Of a DNA stretch of 25,994 nucleotides, positions 25,331 through 25,994 are shown one piece after another. The stretch's first letter is position 1. Each line of letters starts with the position of its first letter. The translations under genes and the position numbers were made by a program. The stretch spans positions 1 to 25,994 of the IMG/VR virus record IMGVR_UViG_3300025592_000061; one strand, 5' to 3'. The notes under the pieces were generated by a model. That model made no database searches, was not told the origin of the DNA, and saw only the letters and a list, made by a program, of their open reading frames with translations. The DNA is from a virus.

Positions 25331-25405
25331 TGGTACTCCGTATGGGTTCTGCCCCCATCTGACCGCCTTGAAAGGGCGGTGACCACACTAGCCGTCCCAC
25401 GGAGC
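25331..25405 (-). tRNA. Non-canonical tRNA-Glu(UUC), 75 nt, with encoded CCA
   Basis: GCUCCGU GG GAC GGCUAGUGUG GUC A CCGCC CU-UUC-AA GGCGG UCAG AUGGG GGCAGAA CCCAU ACGGAGU A CCA. All four stems pair; anticodon at 25372-25370. Confidence 0.88.
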
Positions 25406-25410
25406 ATTAT

Positions 25411-25728
25411 TTAGTTTTTGTAATCGAACCATCTGATAGGTTTGTTGTATCGTGTCAATAGTTCGTCTAAATCCAAAATCAATTCATCAGACTTGAAGTC
25501 CCAAAGCCAATCGCTTAATGCGTTCCAATCTTCTGTTTGCATCACAGGAAGATGGATTTCCCAACCACGAGGATGAAAGTTTTCGTTTTCGGAATCACCA
25601 CCTCGAATATCAATTCTACCACCCGACCATTCAGCACCATGCTTATCTGTCCATTCTCGGCCCTTTTCTAATAGACACCATTCGGCATCTATTGGGCCCA
25701 TCCAGTTCGAACAATAATTATATTTCAT
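25411..25728 (-). CDS. Hypothetical Trp-rich protein
   Basis: 105-aa frame in operon orientation. Confidence 0.65.
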   Translation of the reverse strand: MKYNYCSNWMGPIDAEWCLLEKGREWTDKHGAEWSGGRIDIRGGDSENENFHPRGWEIHLPVMQTEDWNALSDWLWDFKSDELILDLDELLTRYNKPIRWFDYKN

Positions 25729-25738
25729 GAATTATATT

Positions 25739-25994
25739 TCATGGTACTTTTGGCCCTGTTATACCACCGTGTTTTTCACACACTTCATCCACCACTTCGA
25801 TAGGAACCCATCCATAAACTGTTCCTGTCAATTTTCCACTGTTTTCAGCATAACTTTCTATCAACGGTTCTGCTGAACTCGGAAAACCAATTTCAACGGT
25901 GTATGGCCCACTGTAATGGTAATGACTATTCTGCACGCTCATAGAAAATCCATCTTTGCATTCTACGACAGGTAGAATGTCTGGCCGAGTCGTG
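25739..25994 (-). CDS. Hypothetical phage protein, 5'-truncated by the window edge
   Basis: The frame stays open upstream of the track's Met (…TTRPDILPVVECKDGFSMSVQ…) to the end of the window. Confidence 0.65.
   Translation of the reverse strand, partial: TTRPDILPVVECKDGFSMSVQNSHYHYSGPYTVEIGFPSSAEPLIESYAENSGKLTGTVYGWVPIEVVDEVCEKHGGITGPKVP

Noticed and set aside
1-25994. CRISPR array, tandem repeats or an alternative genetic code
   Set aside because: No spaced direct repeats were seen, and conserved genes are full length under the standard code.

Overview
AT-rich segment of a T4-like myovirus genome, with nearly all genes on the minus strand. In transcription order the replication module runs gp45 clamp, gp44, gp62, regA, dut, gp43, uvsX and gp41. 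Accessory genes are interleaved: a MoxR/CobS-like AAA+ with its VWA partner, GT-A and GT-B glycosyltransferases, two SAM methyltransferases, Hsp20, a ClpP-like protease, an M15 peptidase and an Usg-like protein. The main result is a cassette (about 9.1-11.9 kb) encoding a PD-(D/E)XK nuclease, a Mom-family GNAT DNA adenine-modifying enzyme and, 7 nt after the mom stop, a non-canonical 70-nt tRNA-Gly(UCC) that the ORF track hides. This tRNA keeps the GlyRS identity elements but has a degenerate elbow resembling non-proteinogenic tRNA-Gly, so it may be a dedicated glycyl donor for DNA hypermodification. Other notable items are a second elbow-degenerate tRNA-Glu(UUC), a DNA polymerase split into two genes by an HNH endonuclease with no intein or intron marks, a ROSE-like RNA thermometer upstream of hsp20, and a plus-strand late promoter with a small ORF antisense to the operon. 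All calls come from motif recognition by eye; no database searches were run.
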